A stretch of 64,000 nt of DNA from Lingula anatina (GCA_051362555.1 CM120646.1:20274001-20338000); one strand, 5' to 3'. Positions 15,201 through 28,777 are shown, counted from the stretch's first letter. The notes: a model not told the origin generated them from the letters alone. Translations and numbers: made by a program.

Positions 15201-17894
15201 GCTTTCCTCAAGTGCTCCACTGATTCCATACTTGCGAAAGTTAGAGGAGAACCAAAATGAAATGTCGACAGAGACATGGGAAATGGTGAAATGGCAGGAG
15301 GAATGGGCTGTCCTTCAAAATGGCAGACTGTATGACTTCATTCCTGAAGTGAGCACCCGACCACCTGGCCATGAGCTGGGTCGCCTATCATGGACTCGAC
15401 TGAACCGCATCAGAACAGGTCAAGGCCGTTTCCGTGCTAACATGTTTGAATGGGGGCTCTGTCAATATCCAGCATGCAAGTATAATCCTTTGACTTTTGA
15501 TTCATGAGTGTACATTACTTGGATGAAAATGAAAAGAGGCAAAATACCCACGCACATACATGTAGGATCAGTTAAAGAACTATTTATCAATTCACAAATC
15601 ATCTGGCAACCGATAACAAACAAATCAAATTGGTCATTTCATTACAGTGACAATCAATGATTAATATTCAACTCTTGATTCAAGTTAACTGAAAAAGAAG
15701 GCAATTACCGCAAATGTCCCTCACCTCAAATGATTCTGGTTGCATATTGTCACCGCGGGGAAGTCTAGGGACTCACTGTGTATCACTTCTACATTGACCA
15801 CCTTGGGGTTGGTCAAGAAGTAGGCAATTCTGAACCCGGCGACAGTGCAAAAGAATATCGTAGCGGAAAGCACAATAAATGTCCAGATTATTCTGAAAAT
15901 ATTTAATGAAGAGGACATGGTAAGGTTCCATCAGCATTTAAGTCAGAATTAAAATCTTAGTCGACTTTGACCAAAGAAAAATCAGTAGTCTAAATAAATT
16001 AAAGGAGGTTATAGGCGTAGGGCTGAGGTAGATTACGTTTCCATTTGATTGGGCGAGTACATGTACCTTCTTCTTTGTAAGAAGAATTATTCAAATAGAG
16101 TATGCTCTATTCCCTCACATACTCAATACTCACTGCAACGTCTTTAAAGGTACATGCGAACCGAACATCGGTGAAGTGTGGATTCCCAGTAAACCACTTA
16201 ATTCCATCTAAACCACTTCTACTAGTTTCTTATACCACTCAAATAAATTTGACATGCCAAGGGATAAACTGAATAGATCAATTGATCAGCCATAAAAGAG
16301 CTTTAGACTGCTCCTTTCTCTAGATTTTTGGTCGGAAATTGAGCCTACTTTAGTGACCTACTGTTCTGCCCCATTGACATACAGCATAGAATGCTAGCAG
16401 AAAAATCCGTTCAAACATCATTTTTGGGAAAAATTAAACAGTGCCGTTTGGTAATTCTCTTAGTTATACTATTTGAAACTATATGCTGGCATTTGGTCGG
16501 TTTTTGTGGCAAAATATTAGCTTTGTATGCATCTTTAACAGAAAGATGTATTTGGCTTATGCCCCGATACAGGGTCATGTCCGCGGTGATATTAGTAGTG
16601 TAAACATATTGCCATCCCTGTGACAACTGCATTAATCACTACAATGTCAAAGAAATAACATTTTTCCTGAAATCTATTTGATTGTAGCTAGTGATTTCGT
16701 TGCATATAAACTCTTTTGTAATTTTTTCTCCATTGTTAAGCTTTGTCTCGTCTTTATTTTCATGGCAACGCGTCAGCAACTGTACTTTATGTGTTTATTT
16801 GTATATGGTGATGGAGCGTGAAATTAAGAGACCATTTCCAGGGACTATTGTGCTAAGTTTGGATCGAACGAGGGGATTCTCGCTCAATTGCAATTAACTT
16901 GGGCGGCTTAGATGTCTGTCACGCCTGCTGAGGCTGATATGGGGTAATTAACTATCGTTTAGCAGCTTTAGTTGGCTTCCCAGACATCTTAGCCGCTTGT
17001 GCTGAAAGCAGTTTAGCGAGGGACCCCGTGGAGTTGGACCGATCCTGTTAGATCGATCTAGGGATGGGAACCCAATCTAGCTATACATCATCATATTTAT
17101 GTACTTACGGTTCGCTATAATATCATCAAATTGATTCTTTACAAATCGTGTGTGTAGCCTAAACGCTCTTAAATCTAATGACAATCATCGTGTGATGCAG
17201 ATAAAATTAATTCTCCCCCGTGACATTTGTCTATGCCAATATCCAGACAACAGAAAAGATTTGATGGCAAAACTGTCATCTTCTTACGAGTTCATCAATA
17301 AAATGTTGACACAATTAGACCGGCATTATCAGGTATTTAGGTACCCTGTAGTTAGGGTTACAGTGCCTACTCTCTTTAGATTTCCATTTTATCTATGTAC
17401 TTATATATTTGGTGTGTGTGTGTGTTTGTGTGATTCATGTACCTGACTGAAGTGATGTTGGTAAGTGAATTTAACAAAACGAACCGACCAGACTCCTTCT
17501 CTCATTCTCTCTCTCTCTCTCCTTGTGTATGTGGAATTCAAGGTATTGCACATAAAAGAAATTTCCCAGGTTATTTCAGCTGCTTTAATCAGCTGTGAGT
17601 AATTATCAACATATCGTTCAAGTGCACCGATACGTGAAATCCTCATTAAAACACACCCTTCATCTAACTCTACATTTATTTAGCCAGATATTTTTCCTGA
17701 AGAAAACTGTTAAACTAGGCACGTGCATGTACAAATTTAACGTAACAAACAAAGAGGTTCCACCCTATATCTAACTCTGTTTTATCCAAGCGGCCGATTT
17801 GGACAAGCTGGCTTTGTACATCATTATATTGGCAATACCAATGCCTTGTTACTTTGACAGCCGCCCATTATGACATGGTATGTGTTGCAATATT

Positions 17895-17958
<64 letters not shown>

Positions 17959-20900
17959 CAATTAAATTTTTTGTTTCAAAATGTTATGAAATGCTCTTTT
18001 TCATTCAATGTTTGTGAACACGGAATTGTTGGTAGATTTAGAAACGAAGGCGTTCACTGGCTAATGTCGTACGTGGAATCAGAGGTGTTACAATCATGCA
18101 TACCGAAAATTAGGAAGAACGATCTCTCCAAGAACGATCCCTTGCGAGTTTAAGGCAAGTTTCAATTTTCACTTTTAGCATATGCCAGATAATCCACCTA
18201 CAGGACACATGGCGACTCTCCCCCATGCATAGGCATCTCACAGAGGGAAGTTTGGAATAACCCCCACCCTCCCGATTTAGATTCAGTATAAGTAAGTACC
18301 CGATTGCTTGTACTCATAACGGCCTTAAAAATTCTTAGGATAGGTTCAACCAGTGTATAATGTACTAGTAATGGCCTGGAGGGTGGGTAGCCACTGTAGG
18401 ACGCTGGTGATGACGCCACTTCACACATGTACAGGTATTGCATTTATCAATAAAATACGTTCATCAAAATGGAATTCAAGGTATTGCACTTAAAACAAAT
18501 TTCCCAAGGGATGTGAGCTGCTTTAATCAGTTGTGAGTAATTATCAACATATCGTTCAAATGCACCGATACATGAAATCCGCATTAAAACACACCCTTCT
18601 TCTGACTCTACATTTATTTAGCCAAATATTTTTTCCTGACGAAAACTGTTAAACTAGGCACGTGCATGTACAAATTAAACGTAACTGGAAACAAAAAAAA
18701 CTCCACACTATATCTAACTCTGCTTTATCCAAGCGACCCATTTGGACAAGCTGACTTTGCACATCATTATCTTGGCAATACCAATGCCCTGTTACTTTGA
18801 CAGCCGCCCATTATGGCATGGTATGTGTTGCACAAAACAGGCGTGACATATCCTCTTCGTTTGTTGTAAGCCCACATTGCAGTCTTCGTTCATTAGCTTC
18901 ATTTACAAGCTAAGGTTCGTAGCATAGAACAATGTTCCATTGTATCCTTGTAGATACTGGGCCTGCTGTGATCATGAACTAGAGGAAGAAGGCAACTCAT
19001 CCTTCAAATCAACTCTTAATTGGAGGGAGGAGAGTATAGGTATGCCTCAGAAATCGTCTTTTCCTTGTACAGTATTAGAGGTTGAAATTCATGTTTGTTG
19101 TCAAAAGTTTGTTGCAGTCTTGTTAGTTAATAAACAATGTTCAAAGAGATTTTAGCAGATTTTTATTAGAATAACCAACAAAATGCCATGTTAGAGATTA
19201 GCCAATGAACGCCTTCGTTTCTAAGTCTACCCACAATTCCGTGTTCACGAACACTGAATGAAAAAAATATTGCATAAAAAATGAAACAGCATTAAATGCA
19301 AAAAAAAAAAAACAACAACTTATTGAATGAAAAAGTGACACGATATTGAATGAAAAAATATTACATGAAAAAACGAAACGTAGACAAAATTGAATGGAAA
19401 AAAAGTTATTGCATAAAAAATGAAACAACATTGATTGGAAAAGAGAATATTGCATAAAATTTTGATACATTAAAAAACAAAACTTTAAATTGATTGAAAT
19501 ATATATTTATTGCCATAGCCCAAAAAAAGTTAAACGAGCTTGTGAGTTTTGGTGAAAGAGATATAATATTTTACATCCATTTACTCCGATGTTTCTTATC
19601 GCATTTGACAACTATGAGGAGTGTTGTCTTAACAAAATAAACCATTAGCTGGAGCTGTGAAATCTACTCTGTTTAATACCAGACGTATACATTGGACGAC
19701 CATTCCCAGGAGATGGATTGCGGCCATTTTCACTTAGCCAAATCGGCACATGCATCGCACATTTCATCAATGCCCGTATAATTGTGGTGTTTAATATAAC
19801 AATACCTCTCCCTGTTATTGATTGTTAAAGGATGATAGAGCGTGTTCCCTGTTAATAGATGATTTAACACAGTCGGAGAAGTAATTGATCTGGTGGCAAG
19901 CTTACAATATCGGGTTATAGTTTGGCATGTATTTCCCAAATACACATTTTTTATTCGAATTTACTTCTACGCCATGTCTAGCTAACTTAGTTTATGATAC
20001 TTATATGCATTGCATCAAAATTTATTAGATTATCTTTTTATTAGTTAACTAATTACTTTTGTTTATTTAAGATTCTCTATCTATGCAAGGAATGTACGTC
20101 GCACGTATTTTTACTTAAAGGAATAATAACTCTTCGTTTCGGCCAAAAAATGAATTTTCCTGGAGTAAACAACAATTTCCACATACTTACCAATGGTTAA
20201 TGAATCCATTTTTACATTCAAAGTTAGTCCCTGTTTTTTTTCTAAAAAGTTTGGTTTTTTGTTAAAATCTCTTAAGAGATTTTAACAGAGTATAGCCATC
20301 AATGGAGGTCACGTGGTCTAAAGACAAGCTCAGTTATCAGAATAATAGCTATAACTACCGTTTTTGTGGTAAAACAGAATATATTATATTTCTATGAGTT
20401 ATTCACAATGTTTTTAATGTGAAATATAGATCTCATACGAAGAGTCATTATCCCTTTAACCAGTGCAATGGCAGAATGTAAAACATGATGTATTATAAAC
20501 GAAATTAATAATATAATATGGTTTAACCCCATAGAGCCCGTCACCGCATATGTGCAGTTCAATTATTCAATTATTTATTTATTTATTTATTATTTATTTA
20601 CTAAAAACCACCTTTAAAAGATGAGTAAAATAATAAATACATATATTTAATAACACAATATATAAGAACAGTAATTATCGCTTACGCCCCCCCCCCCCAA
20701 AAAAAAGAAGAAAAAAAAGTCAGCCACATTTTGCACGTCGAAATTTGTTTCCTTCCACAGCCTTGTTGAAACCATGTTCCCCCTTTTTTTACAACTGGGA
20801 AAAATGACCGCATTTTGCAACTGCAACGTATTTGCAACCAGGATTTTTTCTAAGTCCCTGAAACAGTTTGAAGTACGAAACAGGTAGAATTGGAATGGGG

Positions 20901-21546
20901 ACGGGTTTGCCTAACAAAATGTTTATTAACGTTTCTACTTCCTTACTCTAATGGTTTGGGAATTTACAATGTGAAATAAATTATATATTTTTGTCCGCTC
21001 TAGGGGAAGCCTGACCAGTTTCAGCGTACCTAGCCGAAGCAAACCCGCCCCACTCTAATGCATATCGTACTTCAAACTGTTTCAGGGACTTAGAAAAAAA
21101 ATCCTGGTTGCAAAATGCGTTGCAGTTGCAAAATGCATTTTCGCGATTTCCTTCGGTTGCAAATGCGTTGCAGTTGCAAAATACATTCTGTTGCAAAATG
21201 CGCCTCTACAGGCGGGTGTATAAAACAAACGTCGCTTACCTGCGCAGTGAATAACGGGTCCTGAGCGTGATATACCGAACACCATGGAAGGTCGTCTCCT
21301 GGGTGAAATCATACAGCAACCGTCTCCAACTTGGACCACCCTCCTCTCGTGCATCTGGGAAAAGGATAAAGATTCCAACCAATTGACTTGTTATACAACA
21401 ATAACCTTTAGCACCCCCTAACAAAACACTAGTGCATTAAATGTGCTCTTCGCGTTGTAGGTTAAACGAAAGATATATCTCAAGATGAGAATTTTTTCAA
21501 ACATTTCTGGTAATCTTTATACAATATACTCACTATCGTCTGACAT
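290..21546 (-). CDS. Copy A: tandem paralogue of the modular DEG/ENaC gene; first 22 exons visible, 3' part runs off the left edge
   Basis: Exons 21534-21546, 21240-21354, 15725-15892, 14099-14184, 13352-13618, 13022-13159, 12616-12854, 12283-12367, 11543-11800, 10852-10953, 9881-10030, 7688-8065, 6850-6960, 6332-6538, 5586-5927, 3791-3943, 3217-3459, 2629-2994, 1605-1868, 1065-1175, 716-859, 290-450. Each has the same length and phase as the matching copy B exon, and I found no in-frame stops. Confidence 0.85.
4698..5517. mobile_element. TA-flanked TIR element present in both paralogues (copy B ~45939-47142)
   Basis: CACTGAAAGCAAAGGGTCGTCA ... TGATGACCCTTTGTTATCAGTG inverted termini; interior rich in TTGG..CCAA palindromes. 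Confidence 0.6.
8151..9821. mobile_element. Non-autonomous TA-flanked DNA transposon (Tc1/mariner-type) with ~700-bp inverted arms, copy A intron 11
   Basis: Termini CAACATTG(A/G)TCAAAAAGGTTGTCCC are inverted, with TA on both sides. Copy B has the empty site (gatcTAtatacag, ~50078-50090). Internal segments also pair, e.g. 8501-8580 with 9381-9465 and 8701-8770 with 9181-9265. Confidence 0.88.
14410..15510 (+). mobile_element. Degenerate, 5'-truncated non-LTR retrotransposon (RT and C-terminal region; Ingi/Vingi-like) in copy A intron 3
   Basis: Frameshifted ORFs with [12 protein letters not shown] (degenerate YADD), [20 protein letters not shown] and [10 protein letters not shown]. Absent from the matching copy B intron. 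The clade call is tentative. Confidence 0.85.
15725..15892 (-). CDS. Copy A exon 3: TM1 and FPAVTICN motif
   Basis: [57 protein letters not shown]. Confidence 0.95.
16148..16534. mobile_element. TTAA-flanked MITE (Kolobok/piggyBac-type target site); second copy at ~31724-32104
   Basis: TTAA on both sides; empty TTAA site in copy B at ~58036; a long, clearly similar dispersed copy sits in copy B intron 37. Confidence 0.75.
16828..17078. mobile_element. ~250-bp MITE, possibly PIF/Harbinger-type; inverted copy at ~24744-25002 and a diverged relative at ~57634-57848
   Basis: Reverse-complement match along its length to 24744-25002; absent from the equivalent copy B position (~58285). Confidence 0.65.
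17530..18830 (+). repeat. ~360-bp direct duplication inside copy A intron 2 (17530-17890 and 18470-18830)
   Basis: Both begin ggaattcaaggtattgcac and end atggtatgtgttgca; copy B has one copy at ~58755-59070. Confidence 0.85.
17897..17955. repeat. (TA)n microsatellite
   Basis: About 29 perfect TA units. Confidence 0.95.
20119..20455. mobile_element. TTAA-flanked MITE of a second family; another copy at 62092-62402
   Basis: Terminal inverted repeats AGGAATAATAACTCTTCGT / ACGAAGAGTCATTATCCCT, TTAA duplication, empty site in copy B at ~60135. Confidence 0.78.
21240..21354 (-). CDS. Copy A exon 2: HG-motif exon
   Basis: [38 protein letters not shown], the same peptide as copy B. Confidence 0.92.
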
Positions 21547-22266
21547 TTCAACCAGTGAAATAATCCCTCTATATCATCCAACTGTTTGTCAAATTATTTT
21601 GATGGCGTATAAATTGCACCAGTGTCATTCATAATTGATGATCTAAAGGACAAACGCAGGTATTATCAATTTGCTGTCTCACACTAACTTATCCCCTGGG
21701 TCATCGCCTTCACAAAACATCATTTCACACCGAAAATAAAAGCCTTTTAAAATGGCTGTCGTTTTGATGCCACAATTGGAGCGGTACAGTATTTTTAGAG
21801 TTGTCTCTATCTCTCTAGTATCTGAATGTATTACGGACGCATTAAGCTTACGCCTACTTTACGTCTGATATCTGCATTGATAACGAGTTCTGAACATGTG
21901 TTTAAAAGTCATAAGATCTGTTGTTTAAATATATGCTTTAATCATTGTAGCGTATAAAAAGAATACACGAAGGAAACGTGACTGGTTATTTTGATTCATA
22001 ATTCTGAATGATATGCATCCAAATATGGTCAAAGAGTGAAAGTAGTCGACCGCGAGAAGGTTTTAAAACACTGATTGTCTAAATCTATTTATATGGAACT
22101 CACAAAGAATTGATACACGCAAAATTGTTTGAGGCTGTAGATATATTTCTTGACGTTTACATTAAAAGAAAAGTTTGGCGTAGTCAAACGACTTTTTATG
22201 GCGACAACAATCCCCAGAGCTGATTTACGCACATGTGCATTCTGCACATGTTCAATTCTCCCTAAA

Positions 22267-23435
22267 TACCCCCGTCACACTAGAGGCAGAATGAACAAGA
22301 ATGCCGTCGGAAAGACAATTCTTTGTGCATTCCTGGATATTCAAAGAGCATTCTAAAAATTCTGAGTGCATTTCAAATAGTTTTACCCATTCTTGTGGTC
22401 GGCCTGAATGTTAAAAACCTTCGAAGCGCATTCCAAGTGGAAAATTATCGAATGGCATTTGATAGTATTCTAACAGCACTGTGACTGCATTCTTAATATT
22501 CTGACGGCATTCCGACAACATTCAAAACATTCTGATCACATTCGAGGGATATTCGAACTGGTACGGCCCCCGTCGCACTTATTCGTAACCAGCAGGAATC
22601 AAGGTAGAACCAGCCAGAATGAATAAATTGAAAAATTCGTGCGAACGCGAACTCAAATGCAGTCAACTGCTTCCGGTATGGCTGCCAATGATGGTTTGAA
22701 ATATAAAGAATTCAAACATAATGCAGTTGAAATACCTAAATTACTTAATTAAAATTACTTTCTAACATGTTTAGAATGTAACACGATGCCCAGAATGTAT
22801 AAATAACGCCACAGGAATGGTAACTGATCATAATGTTTCGAATGCTGTCGGAATGCCGTGAGAATATTTAGAATGCAGTCATAGTGCAGTTAGAGTACTG
22901 TTCAAATGCCATGACAAAAACATTCGAGCCGGCCACAAGAATGGGTAAAAATATTTGGAATGCACTCAGAATTTTTAGAATTTTTTTAGAATGCTTTTCG
23001 ATTATCCTGGAATGCACAAAGAATTGTATTTCCAACGCCATTCTTTATCATTCCGCCTCTAGAGTGACGGGGATTTTATACTCCGACAGAAAGTTTCGAA
23101 TGTGCCTCGGATGAGCTGAAATAAGCAATCGAACTATACTACCTGTAGTGCGCCGTTCAAAGTATATTCTAAATATTCTTACTGCCTTCTTACAGCATTA
23201 TAAATATTCCTAGTTTTCCAACTATATTCGAACTGCTTTTGAGAGCTACACCGTCGAAAATGCACTCATCATTCCAGTCGAATTCAAGCGCATTCTGAGT
23301 ATTCCAACGGCACTCTTACAATAATTAAGGTCAATTTGAAAATTTTCCCCTGCATGTGGTTCGAATTTTAAAAATTCTTCATTCGGGCTCATTCTTCTTC
23401 ATTCCTGCTGATTCCGAATAAGTGTGACGGGGGTA
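22267..23435. mobile_element. MITE-like element with TACCCCCGTCACACT termini and two interleaved internal inverted-repeat pairs
   Basis: 22267-~22520 pairs with ~22835-23073, and ~22567-22650 pairs with ~23355-23435; rich in GAATG/CATTC words. Confidence 0.7.
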
Positions 23436-23946
23436 TAAGAGGGGTAGTCTCTATTGCGGCACATGTTGCTACTAGTACAAGTGGGTGTCATTGCCTGATC
23501 CCATTTTGCGCTCGATTCATTCTGTTAACGCGCACGACACGATTAAGCAAAAAAGTTATCACCAACCTTCAACTTCAATCTTCGGTTCAATAAATTCCAT
23601 CGCTTTTTTCTTCGATGAGAACTTTCCAGCAGTTCACTCCATCTGTTGAATCGCTATGTACAGCACGTTTAGAACATTTTACTAATGTACTTTACATTCT
23701 GTACGTACCGTACGTACAACTTCAAGCTGGGACCAACCGTACAACTGCTAACTGTTACTTGAAAGCGGTAAGTTATTTTCTCTACTGATTATAGCAGTTG
23801 CTGATGACAAAAATCCCTTCGTCCGTGATTTTCTTGTTTGCTGTGATAGTGGTCACGGCGACTGCACAAAAAAATGGTCCTTGCGTATTGTTACTACTTC
23901 GTGGCCGAGTGCCTTATGAAGGTACAAAGAACATTATACTCACTGG

Positions 23947-24186
23947 TGTTAGCATCAATAATGGAGTCCGGAAAGAGAGCGTGTCAGAGAAACCCCAAAG
24001 AAGAGACCAAAAGAGAATGTCTTGGAGCCAAAAGAGACCGATTTATTTAAAGTCACGCCTTATATACATGTTCAGATAGTAAACGTTGAGTTACCAATCA
24101 CAGGAGAGATTCAAACTTGCACACCGGACTAAACTTTACTTATAGAGACATCTACCGGTAGCAATATAAAACAATTTCAACTAACA
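23947..24186 (-). mobile_element. Possible solo LTR
   Basis: TGTTAG...CTAACA termini, with a minus-strand TATA-like motif followed by AATAAA. The target-site duplication is imperfect. Confidence 0.3.
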
Positions 24187-24422
24187 CACTACACCGTCAC
24201 ACTATAGAACCTCCAGTCACCTGATGACATAGGCGGACACAATGTCCCGAAATTCATTTGTATATAAATTGAGCTCCTGGTATGTCGCTTCAATTATCTA
24301 CTTTTAGTTTCAGACTTCTACACTGTACGATATTCCTTGTCAGTCTTTTCACTTTCAACCGGTCATATTGAGACGAGATTTAATTACTCTGCCCCTGCAA
24401 GGAAGACGCAGGGAAGACTGGA

Positions 24423-24433
24423 TGTGTGTGTTT

Positions 24434-24464
<31 letters not shown>

Positions 24465-24472
24465 GGGGGGGG
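24423..24472 (+). repeat. (TG)n followed by a poly-G run
   Basis: Direct reading of the sequence. Confidence 0.9.
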
Positions 24473-25111
24473 CTGATTCTCGGTGGTCTGCCATCCTCCA
24501 CACGCGCCGTCGCTGCAGGGGCCTAGAAATAAAACCTCGGAGCTTGGATTTCATCCGTTTAAAGGCGCTTGTGGAGGAACGGGGGACCGTCGGAGGTCGG
24601 CGGCGTCTATTTTGGGGTGTGGTCGGCCGTGTTTGGTTGGCAGATCGGTGGGTGCTCGGATTATCTGTTCTGAATGGGGCCTAATATTTTCGAGTCTCAA
24701 AATGCACACTAGCTCAGACACGCTTTTGAAATTATAACGTTTAAGACTGGGTTCCCATCCCTGAATCGATCTAACAGGATCGGTCTATCTCCACGGAGTC
24801 CCTAGCTTAATTGCTTTCAGCCCAAGCGGTTTAGACGTCTGGGACGCCCACTAAAGCTGCTAAACGAAAGTTAATTACCCCCTATCAGTCTCAGCAGGCG
24901 TGACAGACATCTAAGTCGCCCGAGTTAATTGCAATTAAGGGAGAATCCCCTCGAAGGTAGTTCGATCCAAAGTTAGTATGATAGTCTCTGGGAATGGTCT
25001 CTAAGAGCAGAGGTTGATAAGAAAGACCCCATTTATTATACCTACAATCTAATAATCATTTTGGGTATCGGTTATCCTAGAGCCAAAAAATACAGCTTGC
25101 CGTAAGAATTA

Positions 25112-25151
<40 letters not shown>

Positions 25152-28100
25152 CTTTATTGAACACAAAAATGTGTACAAGTTACATTTTACAGGCTCTCTA
25201 CTCTACTTTTAGTTTTACAACGGCTATATACAGACTTGACATTTAATATGGAATATTTTTTTCCAAGTAATTTTTTATCAGTTTTTTCCTATTTTGCTGA
25301 CTGATAAATGAAAATAAGGATTAAAACCGTGTTTTAATAACATTAAATTATCTCTTTGATGTCATGGTGACATCAGTTCATTGATTGGAATCGACAGTGA
25401 AGCAAAAAGAAATTCATTGCCTATTCTATGTCATACGACATCCATTAAAAGAGATATTTTGGATCTCCATATTTTCCTAATTATCGTCTGTAAAAGAGTT
25501 ATACGCTCCACAAAAGACCCTCATGTCAGTTTCTAGTCACAGTAATGGTCGTTGTTACGCCTGGCCTCTTCTGGCTGTTACCAGCGCTCTCAAGCGCTAA
25601 GGCATTCCTTGGCTTAGGTTTTTAGAGTTCGATCTGGTCAAAAATTGGCCAATTTGGTCCAGTTTTGTTGTAGGGCATGTAGGCAGTTGATTTGGCGAGT
25701 AATGGCCTACCCAAATATCGTCTATGTGGTTCAAATGTGGCGATTTTGATGACCAGGGTAACTGCTCATTCCCTTAGTTCTGTGAGTTATCTGCTATTAA
25801 ATGTGCTCTGTGTGAACCGACAACCTCACCGTGCAGCCTAAAATTGTTCCTAAGGTGCCCTTTATCAAATGATAGTCAAGTGGTTCCGAGATTTTTCCTT
25901 AATTTGATCTGGTTCAGGTTTTCGTCGATGACTACCATTGGTGGTTTGGCACCAATGTGGTATCCACTCCAAATACTGACGCTGTCAATGACCCTTGTCA
26001 CTTTAGACCCGGCACATGTTTCGTCGTAGGCCTCTTCTGGATGTCTGTAAACTCTGTTTTGACTAATTGGGCGGTACAGGTGAAATCTGACCTCAATAAA
26101 GAAATCCACGCGGTTTCAGTGTTCTACCCAGAAACGGTCATGGCCCCCAATTCATTAGAGAAACAGACGACGATGTTTTGCTGTTTACAGTGGGTGCCTC
26201 GGAGGTCGTTTGGTATTCTTACCTGCTAAAACCAGTTTGGTGTTCGCTAAGGGCCTTGAAAAACGTATTTTGGTGGCAATTTACCCCTCGTTCTGAACGG
26301 ACTAGGTGTTTTTTGTTTAGTTGCAGCAGCGTATCCCGAAAGACAGTGGGTCCTGTACCCCGTAGGTAAGATTTTGTTACACTGGGGGTGACCTCTGTGT
26401 GGGTACATCAGTCTGGGCATTACTCTGTAAAACTGTGGGGACCGTTCCGTTTGGCGCTATAATCTGTCTGGTAATGTCTGTTTTTCTCGACATTCTGCCA
26501 CAGATTAACAAATTTGTAATGCACTACTTAGCTCATTTTACGCACTGTAAGACTGACCGCTTGCATGCAAAATTTCAAATTCTTCTATGCAGTAGTTGTC
26601 GACATATGGATACTTTTTTGACAGAACTAAGCTTTGCCTAAGCCAAGCTTTGACCAGCCCAAAGGAACACTACCCAATTAAATCACTGCATATTACATAA
26701 TGTAGCAGCGCAACAGACATGAAAGTCAGTTAATTGATAGCGACACACCTGACTACACACTTCTCCATTCACAAATCTTATATGAGATCGGAGTTTTTTG
26801 AAAAAAGAACGCATTTTTACCTATTCATACCTTCGAAACTGAAATATTCCATATTAAATGTCAAGTCTGTATATATATACACACAAAATACATATGAAAT
26901 GATTACTGGGAAGTAACACAGGATAAAACGACTATTGCTAGTGATGAGTGTATTGTTTTTCAAACTTTAAGTTACAACACCGATAACACGATTATTGAAA
27001 TACCGTTTTACCCTTAAGCTTGAAACTTACAGAACTGATGAATATTCATTATACGCAGGTCACGTTAAAAAAAATTAGGCTGTTCGGGCATTTTTTTCAA
27101 AAGTTATGCCTTTTTTTCCTTTTTTCAGCATATATGCAACACTGATAACACATTTTATCTTGCATTGTGTAATAAACTGTCAAAAAAGGAAATAAACTCA
27201 TATCATTGCAGTTTGTCAGATTCAATCACTCACTATATTCAGAATCTCAGGATAGAGAAAATTGGACATTTAAAATTGTTCTTGTGTTATTTTTCCTATG
27301 TTCACAATTTTCTTAGTTGTTCATTTAAAAAATGACAGTAAATTGATAATTTTGTTTTATGCAAAAAAAGATGTTGAAGGTGGAAATAAACTCTTTTCCT
27401 CACAGTTAACTCCTGTTTACATTTTTGCATTTTCAATGTGTGACTATGAACTTCCATGGGCTTGAAGACTTTTGCCAGGCACATTTTCTGAATATCCATG
27501 GTTTTTATTTTATTATTAAAATTGATGTTTATTATGCTGTTAAGCATTTTGTAATATTACATCAAAATGAAGAAAACCCTATTTTGGGCACTGCCCCCAT
27601 AGTGACCATTAAAGGAAAACCATGTCACTTACTCTTCTCAAACTTACAGAAAGGTAATATAGGACTAAAATACATCTTCAAATGAAAAGCCTGCTTATCG
27701 GTTAACCTTTCTGGAAATTATATAGTTTTTTTGTTTAAGTGTTTTGAATTATATTTTCTGCTTTTTGTCTTTTCATTTGATAGCTTTGTTGCCTTGTTTT
27801 TCATACCGCATAAGTGTCATTTCATCTAATTTCCTCCCTGTTTGTTGGCATCCTTCTCGACATAGTTGGTTTATTCATATTTTCCTCTCCGCTACCACAT
27901 CGTGTCCTTTTCAGAAGGCAAAATATTTCAAAACATCAAAAATACATTTCAAAAACATCAAGGTTATATTTAACAAATATTGTTTCAGAGAATCAAGGTA
28001 AACTTTCACAAAGTATTTTAAAGCACCAAGTTGACATTTATAAGACGAAGAAAAATACTCAACAAAAGGGAACACAGGCTATGTGATATGAACGAAAGTT

Positions 28101-28771
28101 TACACGCACCTGTATCTTCCTGCATAAAACTGTGGAGAAGCAAAACTGATAGCAACACATGTAGCAGAAGAAAGCTGCTACATAAATGTACATGTTCTGC
28201 TACATCCTTATTACCATACAATTATAACATGCGTGCACACTGGCAGAAACACGGGATTTTATAGACAGTGGATGAGGGGGTCGGCAAGGATAAATATATG
28301 TACAATGCAGTTGACAAGATCCATTTTAAATCAAGGCGGGGGGGGGGGGGGGGGTTTAAATTGTTAATTTTGTAAGGACCTTATAATTTACAAGTTGTAC
28401 CTTTTTACTTAACACAATCATACCGTACAACGCCACTTTCTCTCGGCAAAGGACCATCCGATTAAATCAATAACAACCAATTACATGACAAATACACTAC
28501 GTTCCCTTACGATGAAATACCGGAACCTTGTGAACTCAATCTCGCAGGCGTAAGACCTTGACCCTGCTTGCAAGAAACATATTTTAACATACTTTTTTCC
28601 TTCCGTGCAACTCAAGTTATAATGGGTTCAATAAAAACAGTTTCAACAAGAACAAACAAACAAACAAAAAAAAATGAAAATTCTGACTGGATATATATAT
28701 ATCATAATCTGAATAATTTGCATACCCCTCCCCCGTTCTCTGACTGTGTTTTTCACTCAATGTAAGTCTGC

Positions 28772-28777
28772 TTTATT
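28772..28777 (-). promoter_or_regulatory. Candidate polyadenylation signal of copy B
   Basis: AATAAA on the minus strand about 80 nt after the stop codon. Confidence 0.35.

Noticed and set aside
17854-18153. ORFs with IYIYIY, CVCVCV, HTHTHT or GGGG runs (also 24337..24684, 60214..60469)
   Set aside because: They are translations of microsatellites and homopolymer runs.
290-22160. Copy A as an assembly artefact (second haplotype of copy B)
   Set aside because: Intron divergence and the many copy-specific transposon insertions look too large for allelic variation. Read depth would settle it.
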